Shown in pieces: positions 19,075 through 28,013 of a stretch of DNA of 64,000 nucleotides. Under the pieces are notes generated by a model, which made no database searches, had not been told where the DNA came from, and was given only the letters and a program-made list of their open reading frames with translations. This DNA comes from a virus: positions 32,001 through 96,000 of the IMG/VR virus record IMGVR_UViG_3300024259_000016. One strand, written 5' to 3'. Position 1 is the first letter of the stretch; every line of letters begins with the position of its first letter. Made by a program: the position numbers and the translations under genes.

Positions 19075-19265
19075 GTAATCGATTGTTCACAGTGTAATCG
19101 GTTGTTCACGTGAACCGCTGTTCACAGGGGGTGTGAACGATTGTTCACAGTCCAGGGGGTTGAGGGTGTGAACGTTGGGTTACAGGTGTGAACGTCTGTT
19201 CACGGTCAACGGGATATGCTACCCTGTGAACGATTGTTCACATAGAGGTGTGAACTTCTGTTCAC
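19075..19265. repeat. Array of 8 palindromic 16-mers, GTGAAC-N4-GTTCAC
   Basis: Copies start at 19075, 19094, 19110, 19133, 19168, 19188, 19226 and 19250; five are perfect and three have one variant half (GTAATC or GGTTAC). Confidence 0.95.
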
Positions 19266-19383
19266 GTTCCCCTAAACTCCGTGCGATATCAAGGGATTAG
19301 GGGGAACCATGAGTTTTCATGGTCCGGACGTAGGTATGGTGTGGGCTACTGGGGGGTGTTGCTCCGCTTTCCCTGTGATACTG

Positions 19384-20484
19384 CTAGGTATTCGCGGGGT
19401 AGAGTCTCATTCCAAGCTCATTGGGGGTGACACAGTATGTTGCTCCTGACCTTGAAGGCCAGTGGACCCAATGGGGAATGCTATGTAGATAGTTGCTGTA
19501 TGTCTCTTGTGTTGACTCCTGAGCTTGCCTAGTGGGTGCTACCTGGTTACGGTACGCCGCGACCCTGGATGGTGTCAGGCGACGGGTGGTGCGTTGCTGT
19601 GCAGTCGCTTGACGCTTGATCTGTCGGTTGAGCTTGCGACGTTGTTTCTTCGATAGTTTGGATGCAGGGGATCCGCATACCTTGCGACGGGTGGCGCGGG
19701 ATTCTGAACCATTTTGTGCGTGTTCTTCTATGTCCCGTGCACTGTAACCATGGTTCTGGGGGTCGTTTATGGGGTCGATAGCGTCGACGATAGGAGCAAT
19801 CCCCCCCTTCCCTAACACCTTGCGTATGTTCCCCCGTAGCCGCGCGCGCTCGCTTGTATATTCAGCTTTTTGGGATGGGTCAAGGGGAGTACGGCACTCG
19901 GTACAAACGACCTTTAAACCGCTTGTATCAATGTCTACTGGCGCCATACATACGGGACATACTGCCCCATGGTATTGATACTGCTCCGCCCCTTCTACAC
20001 TCCAACGTATGGATCCTTGTATACTGCCCGGTCCTTGTGTAGGGCCGTACCCGAATCCCTGCATATTGCGAGACTGTACACAAGCTAGCTTGCTATCTAC
20101 TTGCCGCGATTGGCTGTCATTGCGACGTATAGAGGCTACTACAGATTGTATAGACTTGAGTAATATACGTTTATAGTGAACAGGGAGATTATCTACAGTG
20201 GTTTGTACATTATTGAATGATGATGCTACTTTGTATATTTCCCTAGTAGATAGGGATTCGAGATATTGTATACAACGTGTGTAGTATTGTGGGCCATACT
20301 CGCCAGCGACGGGAGTAGGTAGCCCGATGACATGATCGGGTGCGCGATAGCCTGTCACGTCCCTATGTACTAGGGACCATGACGGCCAGTGTACCTTGAC
20401 CAATGGATCAGGTAGCAAGCAAGGGAGAATCCCTTTGTAGGTTTGCTGGAGGGTATCGGGGGATGGTATTAGGGGGGGAAGCAC
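19384..20484 (-). CDS. Low-GC hypothetical protein with CPVC...CTEC zinc finger and a basic region; start uncertain
   Basis: A 366-codon open frame in AT-richer DNA is unlikely by chance. Confidence 0.6.
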   Translation of the reverse strand: MLPPLIPSPDTLQQTYKGILPCLLPDPLVKVHWPSWSLVHRDVTGYRAPDHVIGLPTPVAGEYGPQYYTRCIQYLESLSTREIYKVASSFNNVQTTVDNLPVHYKRILLKSIQSVVASIRRNDSQSRQVDSKLACVQSRNMQGFGYGPTQGPGSIQGSIRWSVEGAEQYQYHGAVCPVCMAPVDIDTSGLKVVCTECRTPLDPSQKAEYTSERARLRGNIRKVLGKGGIAPIVDAIDPINDPQNHGYSARDIEEHAQNGSESRATRRKVCGSPASKLSKKQRRKLNRQIKRQATAQQRTTRRLTPSRVAAYRNQVAPTRQAQESTQETYSNYLHSIPHWVHWPSRSGATYCVTPNELGMRLYPANT

Positions 20485-20510
20485 AGTACGGTGGGAGTAG
20501 GGCAGGAGCC

Positions 20511-20789
20511 CTACGCCAGGGACATGCTCGCGATCTTGTTGGTGAGATCCGAGCGCCGGTCCTTGGCAGTCTCGCCGGGCAAAGTGTCGCGAAGCGACCC
20601 CTTAAAGTCCGAGTAGGCCAGGGAACCATACGCCGCAATGATGCTCGCCTTAGACTTGGCCAGCGCGTCGACGGTAGCCGCGTGAACATCCGGACCGGTA
20701 GCACCGGCAGCCACTTGGACCGGGATGGTGGCGGATCCGGACTTGTTCAGGGGAACGGTGAGGGTAACTTTCTTTGGTGAATCGGACAT
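20511..20789 (-). CDS. Small hypothetical protein
   Basis: AAAGGAG RBS. Confidence 0.75.
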   Translation of the reverse strand: MSDSPKKVTLTVPLNKSGSATIPVQVAAGATGPDVHAATVDALAKSKASIIAAYGSLAYSDFKGSLRDTLPGETAKDRRSDLTNKIASMSLA

Positions 20790-20821
20790 GATATTCTCCT
20801 TTGTTGGTTAACTACAAGGGG

Positions 20822-20923
20822 TTAACGTGCCAAGTACTTGTCAAGGATCGCGGTAGTGCTCGCGGGGGTTTTGATGGACTTGCAAGGGATGGCCTTGCCG
20901 TTCTTCAAGATGATAGTGAACAT
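20822..20923 (-). CDS. 33-aa peptide (MFTIILKNGKAIPCK...)
   Basis: AAAGGA RBS; fills the gap in the cassette. Confidence 0.55.
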   Translation of the reverse strand: MFTIILKNGKAIPCKSIKTPASTTAILDKYLAR

Positions 20924-20942
20924 GGTTGCTATCCTTTGGTAA

Positions 20943-21140
20943 TTACCATCTGAGATTGAAGTCAGAGTAACCAAACAATTTGGCCACCCTTTTTGCTTGT
21001 TTCTTGATCTCCCCTCGGACAGCTGCTTTGTCAGTGGGGGAGAAGTTGTGATCATGGTTTTCATCTAAAGCCATCAAAGCATTCTCAAAGGAGTACAGAA
21101 GCCTGTCTTGTGCTTCCCGTTTTGCTTGTGTCTTTGTCAT
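20943..21140 (-). CDS. Small hypothetical protein, probably leaderless
   Basis: ATG 6 nt downstream of the -10 of promoter 21147-21175. Confidence 0.7.
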   Translation of the reverse strand: MTKTQAKREAQDRLLYSFENALMALDENHDHNFSPTDKAAVRGEIKKQAKRVAKLFGYSDFNLRW

Positions 21141-21146
21141 ACCAGA

Positions 21147-21175
21147 AGAGTGGGTTATATGAGAGTATAGGTCAA
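21147..21175 (-). promoter_or_regulatory. Sigma70-like promoter TTGACC-N17-CACTCT
   Basis: Read directly from the minus strand. Confidence 0.55.
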
Positions 21176-21914
21176 GGGAAAAGAACCTATGATATTACGC
21201 TAGGTTACTGTGATTCAGTGGTATCTGCTATCCCGGACCATGCAAATAAGGGAGATCCCCAAGGGAAGGGATCTCATAAGATAGAATGAACCGTGATCCT
21301 GCTACCATCGCGCGCGTACCCGTACCGCCAGTGCTGGCCGCCGGACCACCACTGAATCGGTCGAGACAGAGTCAAGCGATGGATCCGGACAGAGGACAGA
21401 ATGTTAGCTAAGTGTAGGTAATGACAGATGGAATGCATACCTACATGATATGAGAGGTATCCTACAGTTACATACCAATACAAGGAATACAAGGTATTTC
21501 TATCCTACACTGTAGGGAAGTGTATACAATCCACCTATAGGTTTTCTGTAGTGATAACAGATAGTTACGCTGGAATCAATTCTAAGCTCATAACCTATAC
21601 TCCTATACCAGGGGATACCTCGAACCGGTAGGGAGCCTCACAGGACCTAGAATAATAGGGTCCATCCAGACATGGTTAGGGTTTCTGGAACCTAGTGCCA
21701 AGTCTATAGACAAGGTAGACAATGACCCCTTTTCCTGTGTAGGGTAGGGTAGTGTGGAGTAGGTAGCAGCCTACAGTGGGGGGTAGGGTAGGAGTAGGGA
21801 CCGGGGTACGGTATACAGGGGAACCGGTCCGGACCTTGACCACCCTCGCCCGCCGGACAAGGGTATTCCCCTTGAATTGGGGTACCGAAATGCCGGATTT
21901 CCCACGCGGGGGGT

Positions 21915-22090
21915 CCCATCACGCTATCAACTACTCGGTCCTTAGATACATAAGTATATACTCCCGTGACAACCCCCATCACGATATCGTATCGAAAACT
22001 CCCCTATGATGATTCATATACTCCCATAACAACTCCCGTCACGCTATCAAATACCCCGACCCCCCATAAACTGGCATATACTCCCATAGC
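21915..22090. repeat. 60-bp-period array: ~36-nt conserved unit (CATATACTCCCATAACAACTCCCGTCACGCTATCAA-like) alternating with ~24-nt variable segments
   Basis: ATATACTCCC at exact 60-nt intervals (three times) and CCCRTCACGMTATC at exact 60-nt intervals (three times). Confidence 0.85.
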
Positions 22091-22159
22091 AGTTACCGGT
22101 GGACCTCGTGACCCCTCCTGTACTACATTCCCGACAGAGATTGGCGGCCAGCAACCGTT

Positions 22160-22200
22160 GCCCTCCAGGCGTCCTACCGCTTGGGGGGCTTTCTCTTTCC
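22160..22200 (+). terminator. Intrinsic terminator
   Basis: GCCCTCCAGGCG-loop-CGCTTGGGGGGC followed by TTTCTCTTT. Confidence 0.65.
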
Positions 22201-22330
22201 CTCCTGATGCAGCTATGAACCTGCAGCCGGCCCCCGCGGCGCCGGCCGTATTCCCTCTGCAGCACCTTCTCTTATCCCGAAGATCCTGACGGCCCTCTAT
22301 TCTAAAAGAAAAGCTGGCCCCACATCTATT

Positions 22331-22346
22331 GTGCCACACGTGGCAC
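22331..22346. promoter_or_regulatory. Operator palindrome GTGCCAC-AC-GTGGCAC upstream of the rightward operon
   Basis: Perfect 7-2-7 dyad; extra half-site at 22366. Confidence 0.7.
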
Positions 22347-22381
22347 CTGACAGGTATGTGTCAGTGTGCCACACCTTTGTG

Positions 22382-22847
22382 ATGAAATACAGCGACAAGA
22401 AGAACCGCAAGGCGGTTGGATCCTTCGATTGGCAAGCGCAGGGGCGGCCGGAAGTCAACCCGTTCTCGGCGGGTCAGGAAACCTTCAGCGCCGGCATATT
22501 CATGTGGAAGCTACGGCCCGCCAAGAAGGACGGCCAGCCGAGGTACAAGAAGGGTCCGATCGTCCTACGTGTGAAGGGCTACGCCGCGGACCCGAGCAAA
22601 GACCTGTTCGTCAGCTACACCGTCGGGAAGGTGCTTCGGGTAGACATGGAGAAAGGGGAGGTGGTCCTGCAAAAGATACTACGATGTGTTGTGGCGGATC
22701 GCCAAGGCCTACAAGACACCTGACCAGCTCCGTAAGGATCCGAACGTGGAGGTCCTGGGCCTCGAGGAAGTCATGGAGATGGCCTACCAGAACATCCAGA
22801 CCGAGGCCAAGAACGCTATCCGTCGACGGCGCCGGCCTGCAGAATAA
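22382..22847 (+). CDS. Hypothetical protein(s) with an apparent +1 frameshift at the A4 run 22671-22674
   Basis: ORF to 22723; the +1 frame reads RYYDVLWRIAKAYKTPDQLRK...EMAYQNIQTEAKNAIRRRRRPAE to TAA 22847. Confidence 0.55.
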
Positions 22848-22857
22848 GGGGAGAACC

Positions 22858-23277
22858 ATGGACAAGTTCAGGAAAGGGGACCTGGCCCACTGCACCAGCG
22901 GGGACCCGACGATGAAGATGACACATACGATGTGTTCCCAGCTGGGGCAGTGGTGGGCCGAGATGGCCCCAAAAGAGCTGCCGGGTCTCCTGCATGTTAA
23001 TGGCCTCCGTACATGGATGGAAGTCAGGGGGACGGAGGCTGAATATGATATCCGCCCGCGCGCGCTAGAGTTTGCAGCCCGTCTCGTGGTGGACCCAGAC
23101 AAGGAGAGCCCCGACCTTCCTCCCTCTGTCCCGAAGGAGTTTAACGTATCCTTCCTCGTCCCGAAGATCCTCTTGGCCGGCAAGAGCCGTCAGGAGGCCG
23201 AGGGGGCCGCCCGCCATCATATCTGCATACTGATGCCGTTCAGGGTTCGTGAAGCCCATGAGCCGGGGTTGAAATGA
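22858..23277 (+). CDS. Hypothetical protein
   Basis: GGGAG RBS, ATGA overlap downstream. Confidence 0.7.
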   Translation: MDKFRKGDLAHCTSGDPTMKMTHTMCSQLGQWWAEMAPKELPGLLHVNGLRTWMEVRGTEAEYDIRPRALEFAARLVVDPDKESPDLPPSVPKEFNVSFLVPKILLAGKSRQEAEGAARHHICILMPFRVREAHEPGLK

Positions 23278-23504
23278 CCAGGTGGAGGGTGAAGAAGATC
23301 CCACCTAAAGGGGCCAGGACCTGGAGGTACACCTGCTCCAACGGAGAGCTGACCTGCGGGACAGAGCACAGGAACCCAGAGGCCGCCCGCCAGCACTGCA
23401 TCGCCTTAAATGAGCAGGCCGCGGAGGGGAGAAATGAAGGAGCACAAGGTGGTGATCACGGGGAAAGCGGAAGTCCGCTTCCGGAAGGTCGTGATGGTCC
23501 CTGA
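23274..23504 (+). CDS. Small Cys/His protein; 3' end uncertain
   Basis: ATGA overlap; C..C..H..C pattern. Confidence 0.5.
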   Translation: MTRWRVKKIPPKGARTWRYTCSNGELTCGTEHRNPEAARQHCIALNEQAAEGRNEGAQGGDHGESGSPLPEGRDGP

Positions 23505-23634
23505 GGATGAGCTGGAGGAGTACTGCCAGCCGGAGGTCCTTGACATGCAAATCGATGATGAAGACCTGGAGGACCGGATAGACCAGATTGTCTCACTCGA
23601 GCACACGGTGGATGGGGGAAGCCCTGATGGCTGA
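23434..23634 (+). CDS. Small acidic protein
   Basis: GGAG RBS. Confidence 0.7.
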   Translation: MKEHKVVITGKAEVRFRKVVMVPEDELEEYCQPEVLDMQIDDEDLEDRIDQIVSLEHTVDGGSPDG

Positions 23635-23956
23635 CAGGAGCATTGCTGAGATCGTGCTGGCTGTCCAGGAGCAGGAGGAAGTGTCTGATGAGGAGCTCCG
23701 GCTCTGCCTGCTCGCCCTGGACTACAAGGCCCAGCTCGCTCAACGTAGGATCGAGAGCGCATTAGAACACGGCTCCCTTTTCAGGCTGATGCACAGGACC
23801 AAGTTGCAAGCCTTCACGGACTGGCACACGTTCAACAATACAACACCGAAGAAGTACCTTGGCCCTCGGTATACCCCAGGGACTGAGGAGAACACCAAGG
23901 GCCGGCGGATGAGCAAGAGGATCATGGATGCAGCGATGAGCAAGAAGGGTGGGTGA
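23627..23956 (+). CDS. Hypothetical protein (PKKYLGPRYTPG motif)
   Basis: Overlapping start. Confidence 0.7.
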   Translation: MADRSIAEIVLAVQEQEEVSDEELRLCLLALDYKAQLAQRRIESALEHGSLFRLMHRTKLQAFTDWHTFNNTTPKKYLGPRYTPGTEENTKGRRMSKRIMDAAMSKKGG

Positions 23957-24063
23957 GAGGACCGGGACGAGGCTGTCGGGTTCCAGTGAGATAGGACATC
24001 AGCTCCTGGGGCGGCACAACTGGGATCAGAATAGCAGCCTGAGGGGATGAGGGCAACCAAGGG

Positions 24064-24091
24064 TTGACAAAGGTGCCACGTGTGGCACACT
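24064..24091 (+). promoter_or_regulatory. Promoter TTGACA-N16-CACACT with operator GTGCCACGTGTGGCAC (24073-24088)
   Basis: Consensus -35; ATG 7 nt after the -10. Confidence 0.7.
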
Positions 24092-24098
24092 CCTTCGC

Positions 24099-24636
24099 AT
24101 GGACGAACCTATCAGGTACAGAAGGCGGGGGATGAAGACCCGGACGGGCCTACGGGATACCCTTCTACGGTGCGCTGAGCTAGAGAGGCAAGTAGAGCTG
24201 AAGGCCGGCGCTCTCCATAGGGTTGCCAAAGAAGCCGAGGTCCCGCGGTTGCTCCAAGACCTGATGAGCTACTGCCACGAATTTGAGATCCGGGTGAAGG
24301 ACGATCTGCGGGAGACCCTCCCCTTTTGCCCAAGCCTCTTTCGGATTGCAGACAAGCATCGTCTCGAGCGAGTTATTGCAGTGGGAACGTGTGCTACGAG
24401 GTGCCCCAGCTTCACCTTCGTCGGAGCATCGGATACGACTGGCTACTTCTCGGGAACACGCCAGGGCTGACAAGATTCTAGGACAGCGTCTGCAGTGCCT
24501 GATGTTGATCCTGAATCATCGAAGAGTGGTTATTGTGTGCTCTGACGAAGAAGCGGCCAAACAAGAAGCCCAGGCGATCAAGGAGTTGGCTGCCCTACTC
24601 GGATTGGGGGAGCTGATCGAGGGAGAAGAAGAATGA
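24099..24636 (+). CDS. Hypothetical protein; ORFs 24099-24470 and 24346-24636 may be one frameshifted gene
   Basis: The second frame ends in an ATGA overlap with the next gene but lacks a clear RBS. Confidence 0.5.
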
Positions 24637-25220
24637 GGCTGAAAGATTCACTTCGGGATGAGGGGGACTGGACTGCTCTTCTGGACTGGGTGGATGGGCG
24701 GTTAGGGACTACGCCGGATGAGCCTGCTCCTGCGGTTAACTTCCTGGAGCGTTTCGTTGCGGGGGAGATCTGGGTCAAGGCCGAGACGTGGGGCCAGCGT
24801 GCTCAGTTCTTCTCGGCACTATGTGCTGCGGAGCCTTTGTTACGGCAGACGGCCCCTTTACCAAATCCCTCGGATGCCCCCTACCTTCGTGCCCGCGAAT
24901 ACCTGGTCGCCCTACAAGCTCGCACCCCCTTCGAGGGGAATAGGTTGAGGGGGAGTATTGTGGTCTCGGTTAATACAGCCTCGGGGGTGGGCGTCACAAT
25001 TGCAAAGAGTGATGAAGCGGTAGAGATCCTTCAGAGGGAACAGAAGTTACAAATTGTCTACCATCCAAGTCCGGCTACTCCAAAGCGAGACTTCCGACCT
25101 GCCTGTGCCAACTGCAAGGATAAGAGGTTTGTGAAGTACGCCGGGGGGGATTGGTACCCGTGCGAGCCATCAGATCCAAATGAATGGACCAGGCCCTGCC
25201 CTGTCTGCACCAAGGAGTGA
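24633..25220 (+). CDS. Hypothetical protein with C-terminal CxxC...CPxC
   Basis: ATGA overlap. Confidence 0.7.
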   Translation: MRLKDSLRDEGDWTALLDWVDGRLGTTPDEPAPAVNFLERFVAGEIWVKAETWGQRAQFFSALCAAEPLLRQTAPLPNPSDAPYLRAREYLVALQARTPFEGNRLRGSIVVSVNTASGVGVTIAKSDEAVEILQREQKLQIVYHPSPATPKRDFRPACANCKDKRFVKYAGGDWYPCEPSDPNEWTRPCPVCTKE

Positions 25221-25224
25221 GAAC

Positions 25225-25764
25225 ATGCTGAGTGATTTCCCCCTAACGAGGGTTTGGGTGCACAAGCTGGCCAGGTACGATGGGGAGCGGACCAGGATAA
25301 ACGAGAAGGTCGCAGCCTCCATGATGGGAATGGCGATCGTCCCGACGGCGAAGATGCGTCGGTCGGTGAGTGGGGGCCGTCGGTCTTGGCTCCCGATGCC
25401 GTTGAACTTGGAGATGCCTCGTGCCGCTTACGTGGTGGGAGTGAAGTACCTCCAGACAGGTTCTCCTACTTATGGCCACAATGATGCAGGTCCCCTTCTA
25501 TTCGATGAGGCCGAAGCGCGAGTGCCGGTGCTTGAGTGCCGGTTCTGGCCGAGCGGGAAGTCCTTCTTCGTTCCCTTGGGAGGTTGGGTCTTATGCGAGG
25601 GGAAGTACGCTGGCCTTCGCCCGGTCTCTCCCCAGCAGCGATCCTGGGATGAGACTCCCAAGAAGACGGGTGACGATGCCCGGAAGGTGCTGCGGGAGGA
25701 TGCATCCAAGCAGAAGCGGGGGCCCAACGGGGGATTCATCAAGGGGGGGAAAACTGATGGGTAG
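25225..25764 (+). CDS. Hypothetical protein
   Basis: AAGGAG RBS. Confidence 0.7.
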   Translation: MLSDFPLTRVWVHKLARYDGERTRINEKVAASMMGMAIVPTAKMRRSVSGGRRSWLPMPLNLEMPRAAYVVGVKYLQTGSPTYGHNDAGPLLFDEAEARVPVLECRFWPSGKSFFVPLGGWVLCEGKYAGLRPVSPQQRSWDETPKKTGDDARKVLREDASKQKRGPNGGFIKGGKTDG

Positions 25765-26515
25765 ATTTGTCCTCTGGTGCGATGTTGACGGTGTGGTTTC
25801 TAACACTGTGGCGGGGATACAGATCGAGGTGGCTCGGAATACCGGTGTAGTCTTTCGTCCTCAGGATGTAGGCCAGCAGGCTGTCACCCAGGCCCTCGCC
25901 GACTCTGGCCTCTTTGAGAGTGGTTCGGACATGGAGGTATATGTCAAAGAGGCTATCTATAAGGCCTTTGCCAGCCCTTTGTTCTACTCAGCGTTGGGGC
26001 ACTATCCTGAGGCCTGGGCCGCGGTGGTATCCCTGTTGATGGCTAAGTCTCAGAAGGAGCTCTGGGCAGATCTGGTTGACGTCAGGTTCCTGACAGCCCG
26101 CCCCTTTGAGACGACCCGTATGCGGGTAGCTTCCCAGAAGTGGATCTCGGACAGGTTCGGCTGGGATGCCCTACTCTACTTTGAGCGTGCCCACGGTGCC
26201 AAGGACAAGGGAGAATTCCTGAGTCAGTGGGGTAGGGAGGCTGCAGAGTCTGAGACTTGGCTCATCCTCGAGGACAGCCTCGAGCAGGTCTACGGAATTC
26301 AACGAGAGATCATGGCAGGCTGCTTGCCATGCAAAAACATCTTTGTCTTCTTGGTTGATCGGCCTTGGAACCAGATGGGTTGTAAGGGGAACGATGAGAT
26401 TCTTCACAGTCTGGCTAATGGGCAATGGATAAGGATTTCAGAATCGGGGTTGGAGATGGCCCTCAGCAAGCAGGTTCTGCAACACGCGCAGGATAACACT
26501 GAGGAAGAGGGCTGA
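25757..26515 (+). CDS. HAD-superfamily 5'(3')-deoxyribonucleotidase-like protein
   Basis: DVDGV motif I, FLTARP motif II, ILEDS motif IV, DRPWN. Confidence 0.8.
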   Translation: MGRFVLWCDVDGVVSNTVAGIQIEVARNTGVVFRPQDVGQQAVTQALADSGLFESGSDMEVYVKEAIYKAFASPLFYSALGHYPEAWAAVVSLLMAKSQKELWADLVDVRFLTARPFETTRMRVASQKWISDRFGWDALLYFERAHGAKDKGEFLSQWGREAAESETWLILEDSLEQVYGIQREIMAGCLPCKNIFVFLVDRPWNQMGCKGNDEILHSLANGQWIRISESGLEMALSKQVLQHAQDNTEEEG

Positions 26516-27069
26516 TGGGTAAGTATTGGGATCTGACTCTTCCCCAGAAGAGGGCTTTGGTTGTACTGGGGCACTATCTACTGAAAGTCCATGCAGGCCC
26601 CAATCCCGAGGATGCGGCAGATGGGATCCCTGCCAGGGACCTACTACCTGAAGAACCATCAAGGTCCCGAGTGACCCAACAGGTTGCCCTAGTCCTTTCC
26701 CGACTGTCTCGACGTCGCCCCCCTCTGATCCGAATGACGATGGCTAGTAAGGGCCATAGCTCTCCGACAACTTACAATCTCACTTCGACTGGATGGGACT
26801 TCTATAATAGATTCTGCGGGGAGCTGCACCTGGACCAGGCCGCCGAGCGGATGTCGTGCGGGGCCTGCGTCCATCGCTGCTCCACGTGCGGGCTGCCTCA
26901 CGATGGAGACCCGAACCACTGGCGCGGCGACCGGCACATGGTGGCGGATCCAGGTGCGGGGTTTGCCGGGTGCGCGGTGGCGGATTTGGTTGAGTGTGGG
27001 GCGGTGGGGGCGGGTGCGAAAATGACCGCTTGCAACAAGGGAGGGACGAGAAATGAATCCAAAACCTAA
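26515..27069 (+). CDS. Possible winged-helix DNA-binding protein with Cys-rich tail
   Basis: VLSRLSRR...LIR...YNLTSTG wing-like pattern. Confidence 0.5.
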   Translation: MGKYWDLTLPQKRALVVLGHYLLKVHAGPNPEDAADGIPARDLLPEEPSRSRVTQQVALVLSRLSRRRPPLIRMTMASKGHSSPTTYNLTSTGWDFYNRFCGELHLDQAAERMSCGACVHRCSTCGLPHDGDPNHWRGDRHMVADPGAGFAGCAVADLVECGAVGAGAKMTACNKGGTRNESKT

Positions 27070-27367
27070 CAGCCGAGATCAGATCCTGGCATTCGTCGGG
27101 GATATGAAAAAGAGGGCGCGCGCAACAGGTTCTGGCGGTGAGGAATATGCATACGACGTGGTTGAGGGATTCATTCAGTGGATGACACCTGATCCCGACG
27201 CGGCCCCGGCGAAGAGTGCGGGGGAGCGGGTGCTGGCGCTGGACTGCGACATCTTGCACTTGAGGCACCCCGGCGAGTGGTGCGTCGTCAACGGTCACAT
27301 GCGCGGCACAGGCCCGGACCCCCGAGTCGGCAGCGGCTGCGGTGCTCCGGGGCTTGAAGGAGTGTGA
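27053..27367 (+). CDS. Hypothetical protein
   Basis: GGAGG RBS. Confidence 0.6.
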   Translation: MNPKPNSRDQILAFVGDMKKRARATGSGGEEYAYDVVEGFIQWMTPDPDAAPAKSAGERVLALDCDILHLRHPGEWCVVNGHMRGTGPDPRVGSGCGAPGLEGV

Positions 27368-27730
27368 GTGATGGGACACATGAGACACCATTCAATAATC
27401 GTGACCGGGTGCATGGACGGCGCACTGGACAAGGCCCACGACGAGGCGGTTCGTCTGTTCGCATGGGTAAGCCCAAGATGCCCAGACCAGACCAACGGCT
27501 ACCGCTCCTTCTTCATCCCGCCCGATGGAAGCAAGGAGGGTTGGGATGAATCTGAAAGCGGAGACAGTCACAGGAACGCGTTCGTGGCCTTCCTCCAGTC
27601 ACTCCGGTATGAGGACGGCTCATCTCCCGTTGACTGGGTCGAGGTGGTTTTCGGTGACGATGGCGACTGGACCGAAGTTACGCGGGAGGTCAATAAGGAC
27701 ACCACCAAGGAGCCAGAAACCGATGCATAA
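27368..27730 (+). CDS. Hypothetical protein (RHHSIIVT...PDGSKEGWDES)
   Basis: AAGGAG RBS. Confidence 0.75.
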   Translation: MMGHMRHHSIIVTGCMDGALDKAHDEAVRLFAWVSPRCPDQTNGYRSFFIPPDGSKEGWDESESGDSHRNAFVAFLQSLRYEDGSSPVDWVEVVFGDDGDWTEVTREVNKDTTKEPETDA

Positions 27731-28013
27731 CCAGGACCAGGAACGCGAGGGGCTGCGGGCGCTGGACACCGTGCGGCACTATATCAACGCGACAGGCCGA
27801 CTCGGCATACACCCCAAGGCAGAAACCCTGGAAGCCCTCGCGACCCTGACCCGGCTCGTGTCCGGGCGTCAAGATGTGGCGGACGGCGATGCACCGCTGG
27901 CACTACAGCGCCTGGAGCGCAACCATATTCGCAACTGCAACGGGTGGGCGCCAGATCAGGCCGTAGCTGACCTTGCTACCGTGTGGCGGATTGTTTCGGG
28001 GAGTCGAGTTTAG
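27723..28013 (+). CDS. Hypothetical protein
   Basis: AAGGAG RBS. Confidence 0.65.
   Translation: MHNQDQEREGLRALDTVRHYINATGRLGIHPKAETLEALATLTRLVSGRQDVADGDAPLALQRLERNHIRNCNGWAPDQAVADLATVWRIVSGSRV

Noticed and set aside
19075-19265. CRISPR array call for the palindrome cluster
   Set aside because: Units are 16 bp with irregular 0-22 nt gaps, unlike CRISPR geometry
21915-22090. Canonical CRISPR call for the 60-bp array
   Set aside because: Degenerate non-palindromic repeats, ~24-nt spacers and no cas genes in the window; kept only as a hypothesis
21274-22339. ORFs predicted in the strand-switch region
   Set aside because: Low-complexity translations of repeats, with no RBS and atypical composition
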